A stretch of 62,744 nt of DNA, counting the filler. It is 5 parts of 5 records of this genome, joined end to end, with 100 filler letters (N's around TTAATTAATTAA, not from the genome) between each part and the next. Parts side by side here need not be neighbours in the genome. Positions count along the whole stretch, not along the records: positions 30,260 to 43,966 come from SRR20825006_1948; positions 44,067 to 51,654 come from SRR20825006_1949; 3 more parts are not named here. One strand, written 5' to 3'. The notes beneath the pieces were generated by a model that saw only the letters and a program-made list of their open reading frames with translations, made no database searches and was not told where the DNA came from. Shown here one piece after another: positions 39,062 to 47,893 of the stretch. How positions within the stretch are numbered: the first letter of the stretch is position 1; each line of letters begins with the position of its first letter. A program made the translations under genes and the position numbers.

Positions 39062-41218
39062 CTATTTTTCCTGCGTGGCTTCCAGTGCAGTCAGCAACAG
39101 ACGCTGAAAAATATGCTCACGCACCCCATCCGGATCCGTCAGCGCCATACGATCCAGCTGCGCCGCAAACTCGGCTGGACTGCCTTCGTTAAACAACGCT
39201 TTGCGGCCCAACTTCAGATACTCCTTGTGGCTGACTTTCTCCTTCAGCCAGGTGAGCGCCGTCATCAAACGCTGCTCTACCTCGGTGAAATCCGTGCCCA
39301 ACGGGAAAACCGGGAAGCTTTCCTTGCCGTACTGTTCGGCAATCTCATGAAGATGCTCAGGATTATTGCGACGGTGCGCCTCGGGAATCTGATAATCCTG
39401 GCGCAGCTTTCCCGCCGCCTGGGCCTGCTCCATCAACTCCACCTGGAAACGGCTATCGGCCACGTTCAGCATGGCCATCACCACTTCTTCATCGGTCTTG
39501 CCACGCAGATCCGCCACACCATATTCGGTAACGACCATATCGCGCAGGTGTCGGGGAATAGTGTTGTGCCCATAGCTGAACACCACATTACTCATGGCCT
39601 CACCACCGCGCTCGCGCCATGCCCGCACCATCAAAATGGAACGCGCGCCTTCCAGCTCATGGGCCTGGCTGACGAAGTTATATTGCCCGCCCACACCACT
39701 GAGCACGCGACCATCTTCAATCTGGTCCGAGGCCACGGCGCCCAATAAGGTGACCGTGAACGCAGTATTGATAAAGCGCGCATCCTGACGCTGCAAACGA
39801 TTCAGGGTTTCATCGCCGTAGAGGTGATTGATGAAACTGATCCGCGTCATGTTGATTCTGTCGCGTTCCTGGTCCGTCATCTCCCGCAAGCGCGCGTAGA
39901 AATCCCGGGGTCCCAGGAAAAAGCCACCGTGCATCACCACGCCACCGGCCAGGCTGTCGCCGAACACCGCTTTCAGGGCTTCACGGGTGGTGCGATCGTC
40001 CAGATCATTGGGTACCGTCACGTCGTTGGGTAGCTGGAGTTCATCGCCGTTTTTGCTAATGCCGTCGCGGAAAATGCCGAACCGTTTCAGGGTGCGCAGC
40101 TGCGCGCGGTCCAGCCGCCGACTGATTGCCGACTGTTCGCGCAAGGCATCCAGCAGCGCCAGCCCAGGCGTTGCCGGATTATGCATTTCCAGACGCTGCA
40201 GTGGTGCCCAGTCATAGACCGGGCGGCGAATGATGCCATCGTCAATCAAGGTCAGCAGGCCATGGGTCATCATTTCGCTGCAACCGTACAGGCCCTCACG
40301 AAAGACGCCTGTGCCCCCTTCCCGCTGAATCAAGGCATCATGCTCCGGCGGCACAGCCCAGGCCTTCAGCGCATTCAGGTAGCGGGGGTTATCCTGTTCG
40401 CGCAGCCGAAGATGATGCACCAGCGCATCGCCCAGGGCGCCGATACCGATTTGCAAGGTACCGCCATCGCGCACCAGCGTGCTGGCGTGCAGCCCGACAA
40501 AATGATCCTGAATATTGACTGGCATATTCGGGGTGCTGAACAGGCGGGTATGCCCTTCCGGGTCATCCACCAACAGGTCCATCTCCGGTAGCCAGTCATC
40601 CACCCGGGCATCGTTCCCCATAAACGGCAGATCCCGATGCACCTGCCCCACGGCCACGATGGTTTCACCGGCTTCCCGGCGAGCCTTGAGCAAGGGCATC
40701 AGATCGAGCGTCACTTCCGGGTTGCAGGAAAAACTGTACTCGTCGTTACCATCCACCTGCCGGTGAGCCAGCAATTGCGCCACCACATTCACGCCTCGCG
40801 CGTTGAGGTCCCGCGCCACATGCGTGTAGTTACTGCTGATGTAATGTTGCTGGGCTACGTCACTGCCCAGCATGCTGCCGGGCTGCACGAAAAATTCGAA
40901 CACCCGAATGTTGGCGGGCAGGTTTCCACGCTTTTGCGCCGCCAGGTAGCTCAACGCTTCATAATCGCCGAACAAGCGATCCGCAAAGGGATTAAGAAAA
41001 CGTTTCTCCAGCTCGCTGCCGGCCCCCGGTTTGCCCAGGGACAAGGCCGTATAGATATCCAGGCTCAGGGACGGGTCCGCTTCCACACGTGCATACAGTG
41101 CGTTCACAAACCGGTTGGGCTTACCCAGCCCAAGCGGCATGGCCAGGCGAATCTCGCCGCCAGTGGCCTCAATGACCCGGTCTACCGCCTGCTCTACCTG
41201 ATTGATTCGATCCGTCAC
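39062..41218 (-). CDS. Acetyl-CoA hydrolase/CoA-transferase family protein
   Basis: PLGLGKP, DGGTLQIGIG, SEM, SGVGGQYNFV and VTEYGVADLRGK motifs. Confidence 0.88.
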   Translation of the reverse strand: MTDRINQVEQAVDRVIEATGGEIRLAMPLGLGKPNRFVNALYARVEADPSLSLDIYTALSLGKPGAGSELEKRFLNPFADRLFGDYEALSYLAAQKRGNLPANIRVFEFFVQPGSMLGSDVAQQHYISSNYTHVARDLNARGVNVVAQLLAHRQVDGNDEYSFSCNPEVTLDLMPLLKARREAGETIVAVGQVHRDLPFMGNDARVDDWLPEMDLLVDDPEGHTRLFSTPNMPVNIQDHFVGLHASTLVRDGGTLQIGIGALGDALVHHLRLREQDNPRYLNALKAWAVPPEHDALIQREGGTGVFREGLYGCSEMMTHGLLTLIDDGIIRRPVYDWAPLQRLEMHNPATPGLALLDALREQSAISRRLDRAQLRTLKRFGIFRDGISKNGDELQLPNDVTVPNDLDDRTTREALKAVFGDSLAGGVVMHGGFFLGPRDFYARLREMTDQERDRINMTRISFINHLYGDETLNRLQRQDARFINTAFTVTLLGAVASDQIEDGRVLSGVGGQYNFVSQAHELEGARSILMVRAWRERGGEAMSNVVFSYGHNTIPRHLRDMVVTEYGVADLRGKTDEEVVMAMLNVADSRFQVELMEQAQAAGKLRQDYQIPEAHRRNNPEHLHEIAEQYGKESFPVFPLGTDFTEVEQRLMTALTWLKEKVSHKEYLKLGRKALFNEGSPAEFAAQLDRMALTDPDGVREHIFQRLLLTALEATQEK

Positions 41219-41265
41219 GACCTCTCCTTGTCATTCATTCAGCGCAATTCATGCATTAGCGCTAT

Positions 41266-41595
41266 TCAATGGCTGGCGGTGCTGGACACCAGCGTGACCA
41301 GCACCACACCCGCAATAATAAAACCCATGCCCAGCATGGCGGGTAAGTCCGGGGTTTGTTTGAAAAACAGCGCCCCCACCAGGGCAATCAGTACGATACC
41401 CACTCCCGCCCAGACCGCATAGGCTATCCCCATGGGAATAGTGCGCAAAGTCAGGGAAAGCGCATAAAACGCAACGCAATAGCCCACCACCGTGATCACC
41501 GATGGCCACAACCGGGTGAACCCCTGGGACGCATTCAGCGCCGAAGTAGCCACCACTTCAGCCACAATGGCGATAGATAAATACAGGTAACCCAT
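41266..41595 (-). CDS. SMR family efflux transporter (EmrE/QacE-like)
   Basis: 109 aa, 4 TM helices, AIVAEV membrane Glu, GIAYAVWAGVG. Confidence 0.9.
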   Translation of the reverse strand: MGYLYLSIAIVAEVVATSALNASQGFTRLWPSVITVVGYCVAFYALSLTLRTIPMGIAYAVWAGVGIVLIALVGALFFKQTPDLPAMLGMGFIIAGVVLVTLVSSTASH

Positions 41596-41639
41596 AAGGA
41601 CTCCGCAACAATCAGGCGAGCGTTGATCAGACCGGACAT

Positions 41640-42674
41640 TCAGGCCGAAGGGGCAACCTGTAACTGATTCAACAGCGTTTCCCAGTGTGCCAGCAGTCGG
41701 GCCGGGAAGTCAGCCTGAGGGTGGCGCACAATCAGCACCAGACGCGAATCGGTGTCCTGATCCGGCCACAGGTTCTGTGGTGTCATCTCCGGCGCCTGTT
41801 GCGCCACCCACTGAACCAGCATGGGGCCATCCAGCCCGTTCACCTGCAACAACCCTTTCACTCGCACCAATGCATCGCCACATTGTGCCTGCAGCTGCTG
41901 AAGCGCGGCCTGCCATAATGGCCAGTCCAGACCATGAGGCCACCGCATCGAAGCGCTGAACAGATTATGGCGGGACGCCTGCTTCTCCGCGGGAACCAGC
42001 GCAAGTGACTGAGCGGCAAGCGTCGCTCCCCCCACAGGGGCAAACAGGCCAGTCACCCGGCAACGACGTGGAAACGATTCATCAAGCAAGGTCGCATCAG
42101 GAAAGTCGGTATCCAGCCGGTATTGCCGCGCCGTTGCATTCAGGCCGTGCAGCTGCGCCTGCAACGCCTGGACGGCAGGAGGCTCGGCCTGTTCCGCCTT
42201 GGAAAGCAGCAGCACATCGGCGCCGTGGATTTGCTCCAACACTTCCGGGTGCTCGGCAATCGCATCGGCACCGGCGCAGGTATCAACCACGGTCAGCACC
42301 GACTGGCAAACAAAGCGCTTTCGCAACCAGGGGTCCTGTTCCAGTGGCGCCACCACACCGAAGGGGTCGGCCGCGCCGCTGGTTTCAATCACTACCGCCG
42401 TGAATGCGGGAATCTCGCCGTTTTTACGGGCCATGAACAGGTTGCGCAACGTGGTGGACAGGGAGCCCTGAATCACGCAGCACAGGCAGCCGCCGGCCAG
42501 CAACGAGACCGACACTCCATCGGTGCCGGTGAGATGCTGATCAATGCCGATATCGCCCAGCTCGTTAATGATCAAGGCTACATCGCTGCGCTCGTTCAGC
42601 CAGCGGTTGAGCAGCGTGGTCTTGCCACTACCCAGAAAGCCGGTGAGCACCACCACCGGAATCCGTTCTTCCAC
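41640..42674 (-). CDS. CobW/COG0523 family metallochaperone GTPase
   Basis: GFLGSGKTT, GCLCC, IETSG and RVKG motifs. Confidence 0.88.
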   Translation of the reverse strand: MEERIPVVVLTGFLGSGKTTLLNRWLNERSDVALIINELGDIGIDQHLTGTDGVSVSLLAGGCLCCVIQGSLSTTLRNLFMARKNGEIPAFTAVVIETSGAADPFGVVAPLEQDPWLRKRFVCQSVLTVVDTCAGADAIAEHPEVLEQIHGADVLLLSKAEQAEPPAVQALQAQLHGLNATARQYRLDTDFPDATLLDESFPRRCRVTGLFAPVGGATLAAQSLALVPAEKQASRHNLFSASMRWPHGLDWPLWQAALQQLQAQCGDALVRVKGLLQVNGLDGPMLVQWVAQQAPEMTPQNLWPDQDTDSRLVLIVRHPQADFPARLLAHWETLLNQLQVAPSA

Positions 42675-42679
42675 AGCAA

Positions 42680-43714
42680 TCAGCCCAGCGACCAGGGTAA
42701 CTGCTCACCGGCAAAGAACGGCACCACCGGCTCCCCGGCGGCATCGATTACCGCGGGCACGTCCCAGGGTTTGCGTTGCAGGATCACGGTGTCGGTGTGG
42801 CGCGGCAGGCGATAGAAATCGGCACCAAAGTGGCTGGCAAACCCTTCCAGCTTGTCCAGCGCGTTATGCTGCTCCAGGAAAGTGGCATACAGCGGCAGTG
42901 CCGCACGCGCCGAGTAACACCCCGCGCAGCCACAGGCCGCTTCTTTCTTGTTACGGGCGTGCGGAGCGGAATCCGTGCCCAGGAAAAAACGGCTGTGGCC
43001 ATCAATCACCGCTTTCTGAATGGCTTCCTGATGCTGGCGACGCTTGAGAATCGGCAGGCAGTAATTGTGCGGGCGCACGCCGCCCACCAGCAGATCGTTG
43101 CGGTTCATCAGCAGGTGCTGGGGCGTCACTGTCGCTGCAGTCAGCGCGTTGGCTTCGCGCACAAAGTTGACGCCTTCCGAGGTGGTCACGTGTTCAAACA
43201 CAATACGCAACGCCGGAAACTGGCTGCGGATGGTATTCAGGTAACGATCAATAAATACCTTTTCACGGTCGAAGATATCGATGTCCGCATCGGTCACTTC
43301 CCCGTGCACCAGCAGCGGCACATCGTGCTTTTCCATGGCCTCGTACAGATGGGTAATCTTGCCCGGGTCGGTGACCCCACTGGCAGAGTTTGTGGTCGCG
43401 CCGGCGGGATAGAGCTTGAACGCATGCACAAAATCGCTGTTGGCTGCGCGCTCCACTTCCTCCACTGGGGTGCTGTCGGTGAGATACAGCACCATCAATG
43501 GCTCAAAACTCACCCCTGCTGACACCTGCGCCATGATGCGCTCACGATACTCTGCGGCCTGGGCCACCGTGTTCACCGGCGGGTTCAGGTTGGGCATCAC
43601 GATGGCCCGACCGAATACATTGGCCGTGGCCGGCACGGTTTCCGCCAGCAAATCACCGTCGCGGAAATGCAGATGCCAGTCATCAGGACGGGCAATGGTC
43701 AGGGTATCGGTCAT
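42680..43714 (-). CDS. pyrC: Dihydroorotase (homodimeric type)
   Basis: PDDWHLHFRDG, KLYPAGATTNS, HGE and LGTDSAPH motifs. Confidence 0.96.
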   Translation of the reverse strand: MTDTLTIARPDDWHLHFRDGDLLAETVPATANVFGRAIVMPNLNPPVNTVAQAAEYRERIMAQVSAGVSFEPLMVLYLTDSTPVEEVERAANSDFVHAFKLYPAGATTNSASGVTDPGKITHLYEAMEKHDVPLLVHGEVTDADIDIFDREKVFIDRYLNTIRSQFPALRIVFEHVTTSEGVNFVREANALTAATVTPQHLLMNRNDLLVGGVRPHNYCLPILKRRQHQEAIQKAVIDGHSRFFLGTDSAPHARNKKEAACGCAGCYSARAALPLYATFLEQHNALDKLEGFASHFGADFYRLPRHTDTVILQRKPWDVPAVIDAAGEPVVPFFAGEQLPWSLG

Positions 43715-43862
43715 GGCGTCACCTTCTTTACCGTGGAGATTCGTGGGGCGTTTCGGGGGCGTAGTGTAGCGCAAGTTGGTGTCAAGGCAGAGCACGAGGA
43801 ACATGAGCGCCCGCTTGCGGCGGCATCTATCCAGAACAACAGCAAGGACAGGCGCCACAAAC

Positions 43863-43890
43863 AAAAACGCCCCGCATTGCGGGGCGTTTT
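43863..43890. terminator. Bidirectional rho-independent terminator after the tRNA
   Basis: AAAAACGCCCCGC-ATT-GCGGGGCGTTTT. Confidence 0.8.
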
Positions 43891-43896
43891 CTAATA

Positions 43897-43966
43897 TGGC
43901 GGAGAGGGCGGGATTCGAACCCGCGATACAGTTTCCCGTATGGCTCCTTAGCAGGGAGCTGGTTTC
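43897..43966 (-). tRNA. tRNA-Ser(GCT), 3' part (5' end lost at contig end)
   Basis: Minus strand GCTCC-CTGCTAA-GGAGC anticodon arm, long variable arm, GGTTCGAATCC T-arm, encoded CCA. Confidence 0.92.
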
Positions 43967-44066
43967 NNNNNNNNNNNNNNNNNNNNNNNNNNNNNNNNNN
44001 NNNNNNNNNNTTAATTAATTAANNNNNNNNNNNNNNNNNNNNNNNNNNNNNNNNNNNNNNNNNNNN
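43967..44066. other. Artificial contig linker
   Basis: Same 100-bp spacer. Confidence 0.98.
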
Positions 44067-44099
44067 GGCGTGCGCCTTCGACCACTCGGCCACCTCACC
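44067..44099 (-). tRNA. tRNA-Ser 5' part, probably the GGA isoacceptor (anticodon not in window)
   Basis: Minus strand GGTGAGGTGGCCGAGTGGTCGAAGGCGCACGCC. Confidence 0.75.
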
Positions 44100-44206
44100 G
44101 TACTCAGCAGAGGGGAGCCAATAACCGAAGGCCTGCAAGATCGCAAGACTGTGATTGCCGTTCCCGGCAGACAAACCCATATGAGACACAGAAAGGGAGA
44201 CCCCTC

Positions 44207-44863
44207 ATGTTGTTCTCGAAGAAAAAACTGACCATCCCGGATGCCGAGAGCGCCCTGCCCGGCCGCCCCGATCCGATCCCGACCGCCACCACGCATTATG
44301 TATTCGACCGTGACCTGCAGGGCCCCCTTCCGGCGGGATACGAAACGGCCGTATTCGCCCTCGGCTGCTTCTGGGGCGCTGAGCGTGTATTCTGGCAGCA
44401 GGATGGCGTTTGGCTGACCCGGGTAGGTTATGCTGGCGGATCGACCCCGAACCCGACCTATGAAGAAGTCTGCTCAGGCGGGACCGGGCACACGGAAATC
44501 GTTGAAGTGGTTTTCAACCCTGCCGAAGTGACCTTCGCCGCACTCGTGAAACTGTTCCTCGAAAGCCATGATCCAACCCAGGGAATGCGTCAGGGAAATG
44601 ACATCGGCACGCAATACCGCTCGGCAATATACACGACATCCGAGGCACAAGCCGAAACTGCGCGCGAGATGATCGCAGTATATGAGAAGTCGCTTGCCCA
44701 GAGCGGTCATGCCAGCCAGATCACAACGGAGCTTGCGCCGTTGGACAAGGTTTATCTCGCCGAGGAATACCATCAGCAATACCTTGCAAAAAACCCGAAC
44801 GGGTATTGCGGGATTGGAGGCACGGGCGTGTCCTGCCCAATCGGCCTGGGTGTGTCGACCTGA
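44207..44863 (+). CDS. msrA: Peptide methionine sulfoxide reductase A
   Basis: [34 protein letters not shown] and GYCG motifs. Confidence 0.96.
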   Translation: MLFSKKKLTIPDAESALPGRPDPIPTATTHYVFDRDLQGPLPAGYETAVFALGCFWGAERVFWQQDGVWLTRVGYAGGSTPNPTYEEVCSGGTGHTEIVEVVFNPAEVTFAALVKLFLESHDPTQGMRQGNDIGTQYRSAIYTTSEAQAETAREMIAVYEKSLAQSGHASQITTELAPLDKVYLAEEYHQQYLAKNPNGYCGIGGTGVSCPIGLGVST

Positions 44864-44880
44864 TCGCGATCAGGCTGGCG

Positions 44881-45948
44881 CTAGCCGCCGAAATTCACGG
44901 CAAACCTTTTGCGTGTCTCAAGCAGGTTCTGCGCCTTGTACATGGCGTCAGAAGCGGCTTGGGCGCGCTTTATGGTCGGGTCTGCCTGCAAGGCCTCAAT
45001 CACTTTGGTGAGGTGACTGATCGCCTCCTCTACGGTCTTGCGATCGAACTGGTTTGTCGCGCGCGCCAGCAGGGCCCGGCCGAGATCCATGTGCGCCTGA
45101 ACGGCCCGCGATGTGTCGCCATCACTCTTGATATCCTGGAGATGGATTCTCCGAAGCGTGATCACGTGGTCGAGCGCATCCATATCTCCAGACTGTTCGG
45201 CAACGTGCACCAGAGACGCGCAAAAATCGGCTTCGATACGGCTGCGCAGAGCGACCGGAAGCGTAGGCGAGTCCTCAAGGATTTCAGCCAGCGCATTAGA
45301 CAGGATCTTTATCTTTTCGGGCCGGAAGGATTGCGGATTGGCCAGCGCAGGCTGCAATTCCCGCGCAAGGAAGTAAGCGGCCACGCGTGGCATCTGCCCC
45401 TCAAGGTCGATCATCTTTCCGGGCATTGGCAGCGTGAACAGCTTCGCTTCCGTGGCTGTCAGGCCACCACCGCGGCTTAGGCCGTGAATGACAAAGCCAT
45501 CTTCGCGCCGACCGGTCCTGTCTGCCCAGACCAGCATGTCCGCATCTGCCACTTCCAGTCGCCGACGGGCACGCTGGACCGCGCGCGTTTCGATGCCGCC
45601 GCGAATAGTGCCCGTGCGGAACACTTTCAGGGGTGCACCGAAATTGAATTCGGAGAGGTGGGAATTGAGCGCCGAGAGCAGCCATTTCCATGCGCGACCC
45701 GCGCCTTTGCCAGCCGGACGGGCGACAAGTACGCGGTATCCGGGCGACTTATCATTGCGCGCAGCCCGGGCCCCGGACGCATTGCGCAAAGTCTTCAACA
45801 GCGAACCCAGCAGGCTGAACATCAGGACGACCAGTGCAACGAGCAGGACACACAGCATCACGAATCCAAACGTGGCGAGCTCTGTCGCATCCACCACATT
45901 CGTTTCGAACCAGCGCTCGGCTGTTGTGAACCAAGTATCCACAGGCAT
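44881..45948 (-). CDS. Hypothetical membrane-anchored protein with helical (TPR-like) C-terminus
   Basis: One N-terminal TM helix, then a soluble domain; GGAGG RBS. Confidence 0.65.
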   Translation of the reverse strand: MPVDTWFTTAERWFETNVVDATELATFGFVMLCVLLVALVVLMFSLLGSLLKTLRNASGARAARNDKSPGYRVLVARPAGKGAGRAWKWLLSALNSHLSEFNFGAPLKVFRTGTIRGGIETRAVQRARRRLEVADADMLVWADRTGRREDGFVIHGLSRGGGLTATEAKLFTLPMPGKMIDLEGQMPRVAAYFLARELQPALANPQSFRPEKIKILSNALAEILEDSPTLPVALRSRIEADFCASLVHVAEQSGDMDALDHVITLRRIHLQDIKSDGDTSRAVQAHMDLGRALLARATNQFDRKTVEEAISHLTKVIEALQADPTIKRAQAASDAMYKAQNLLETRKRFAVNFGG

Positions 45949-46074
45949 TCGAGATGACCTCCTGTATGTCTGTGCGATACGGTTCCTGCCCTGTGCTTGC
46001 AACAGCTAAACGCTGTTCAGCCTGTGCGGGGGATGGTTAGATTGCCTGAGAGACAAGCTGATTCAGGGGGTCGC

Positions 46075-46926
46075 ATGGGTGCCGGGGAATTTGTCACGCG
46101 GTTCGCACCGTCCCCCACCGGGCATTTGCATCTCGGTCACGCGCTCTCGGCTTTCCATGTCTGGGACACTGCCCGCGCCCATGATGGAAAGGTGCTGTTG
46201 CGGATTGAAGACATTGACCAGACCCGATGCCGTCCAGAGTACGAAACCTCCATTCTCGCCGATCTTGAATGGCTCGGACTGGACTGGGATGGCCCCGTGC
46301 GACGCCAGTCCGACCACTTCGCGGAATATGAGTCCGCGCTCAACTCCCTGAAGGCGCGCGGGCTGGTTTATCGATGCTTCAAGACCCGTCGAGAGATCGC
46401 CGCCGCGCTGCCTGCCGGGGCCAGTCCCGATACGGCCGGCTTCACTGGCAAGTCGCTCCCTGCGGACAAGGAGCGGGAACTGCTGGACCGGGGACACGCC
46501 TATGCGTGGCGGCTATCCCTCTCGGCTGCCCGCGCCCAACTCGGCCCTGTATATGATGCGTTGAGCTATACAGTCTTCTCAAAGTGCGGCCAGCACAGGG
46601 TGAAAGCTGACCCCGCACCCTTTGGCGACGTCGTGCTCGCGCGCAAGGATACGCCAACAAGCTATCACCTCGCCTGCTGCTACGACGATGCCTTGCAGGG
46701 GATCACGCATGTCATACGCGGCGAAGACATCCGGGAGATGACATCGGTACATGTCCTGCTGCAGGCGCTGATGGACTGGCCACAGCCTCTTTATACGTTT
46801 CATCCGCTCGTTTTGGGGGCAGATGGCAAGAAATTGTCCAAGCGCGCCGGGGACCGGGGATTGCGCGCATGGCGTGAAGACGGCAAGACGCCTGAAGACA
46901 TTCGCGCCATGACGGGCCTCTTTTAA
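46075..46926 (+). CDS. gluQ: Glutamyl-Q tRNA(Asp) synthetase
   Basis: RFAPSPTGHLHLGH, RIEDID and KLSKR motifs; no anticodon-binding domain. Confidence 0.9.
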   Translation: MGAGEFVTRFAPSPTGHLHLGHALSAFHVWDTARAHDGKVLLRIEDIDQTRCRPEYETSILADLEWLGLDWDGPVRRQSDHFAEYESALNSLKARGLVYRCFKTRREIAAALPAGASPDTAGFTGKSLPADKERELLDRGHAYAWRLSLSAARAQLGPVYDALSYTVFSKCGQHRVKADPAPFGDVVLARKDTPTSYHLACCYDDALQGITHVIRGEDIREMTSVHVLLQALMDWPQPLYTFHPLVLGADGKKLSKRAGDRGLRAWREDGKTPEDIRAMTGLF

Positions 46927-47828
46927 TGACATCAACAGAAATGACAGCGCCGGCACGCCGGGAATGGCTCGGCGTGCTTATGCTGGTTGGCGGCGCGGTT
47001 GCCATCGGATTTGCGCCGATTGGCTTGCGCTTGGGTCTCGACGACCTCGGCCCGCAGGCCATTGCCTTCTGGCGCTACACATTTGCCCTGCCCGTGCTGA
47101 CTGCGCTCGTCTTGCTGGTCGAGCGGCGCGCTCCGCGCAAACCGAACATATATGTCATCCTGGCCGGGATCTGTTTCGCTGTGGACATTGGCTTCTGGCA
47201 CTGGTCCCTCACCCTGACCAGCGTGTCCAATGCCACCTTCATCGTGAATCTCGGAAACGTCTGCGTCGGCTTCCTCGCATGGCTGTTCCTGAAGGAGCGC
47301 CCTGCGCCGATGTGGTTCTTCGCCGTAATCCTGGCGATTGGCGGCGCATCTGCCCTGTCACTCGGCGGTACCGCCGAAGGGGGAGCCAGTTTTGTCGGGG
47401 ATCGGATTGCGATCATCGCGGCGATCAGCGTATCGGGCTATTTCCTCTGCTCGAAGCTCGCCCGGCGAACACTGAACGGTCTGGAGACTTTGTTCTGGCT
47501 GACACTTGTGGAAGTGATTGTCGGAGCCATCATGGTCATGGCTTTCGGTGAAAACTTCCTGCCGGAGAAATTGTCGGGTTTCGCCGTGCCCCTGTTCCTT
47601 GGAATCGTGATCCACGTCGTCGGTCAGGGTTTGATTATCACCGGGCTTGGCAGCACGCCAACCTCCATCGCGGGTGTCATCATCCTGATCCAGCCCGTCA
47701 TGGCTGCCGCGATTTCTTGGCATCTCTTTCAGGAACCTCTCACAACCTTGCAGGCAGGCGGCGGTATGCTCATTCTTGTCGCGGTCTGGCTGGCCCAGCG
47801 CGGCCACAAGGTGGATCCAATCGACTGA
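46926..47828 (+). CDS. DMT/EamA family transporter
   Basis: About 10 TM helices; FLKER and LIQPV motifs. Confidence 0.85.
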   Translation: MTSTEMTAPARREWLGVLMLVGGAVAIGFAPIGLRLGLDDLGPQAIAFWRYTFALPVLTALVLLVERRAPRKPNIYVILAGICFAVDIGFWHWSLTLTSVSNATFIVNLGNVCVGFLAWLFLKERPAPMWFFAVILAIGGASALSLGGTAEGGASFVGDRIAIIAAISVSGYFLCSKLARRTLNGLETLFWLTLVEVIVGAIMVMAFGENFLPEKLSGFAVPLFLGIVIHVVGQGLIITGLGSTPTSIAGVIILIQPVMAAAISWHLFQEPLTTLQAGGGMLILVAVWLAQRGHKVDPID

Positions 47829-47893
47829 GTGCAGCAATAGTGTCACGAACTCAGTCTATGCCCGCCCCAGACCTGATATTCCGGAGACTAATC

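Noticed and set aside
43897-44099. 3' and 5' tRNA-Ser halves on either side of a gap, suggesting one split or integrated-into tRNA
   Set aside because: The halves are incompatible. Acceptor stems differ (GGTGAGG versus CCTCTCC) and the overlapping D/anticodon-stem sequences differ. They are separated by a synthetic linker.
47831-47860. Possible Pho box upstream of the alkaline phosphatase
   Set aside because: Only one TGTCAC half-site; no convincing 11-bp direct repeat
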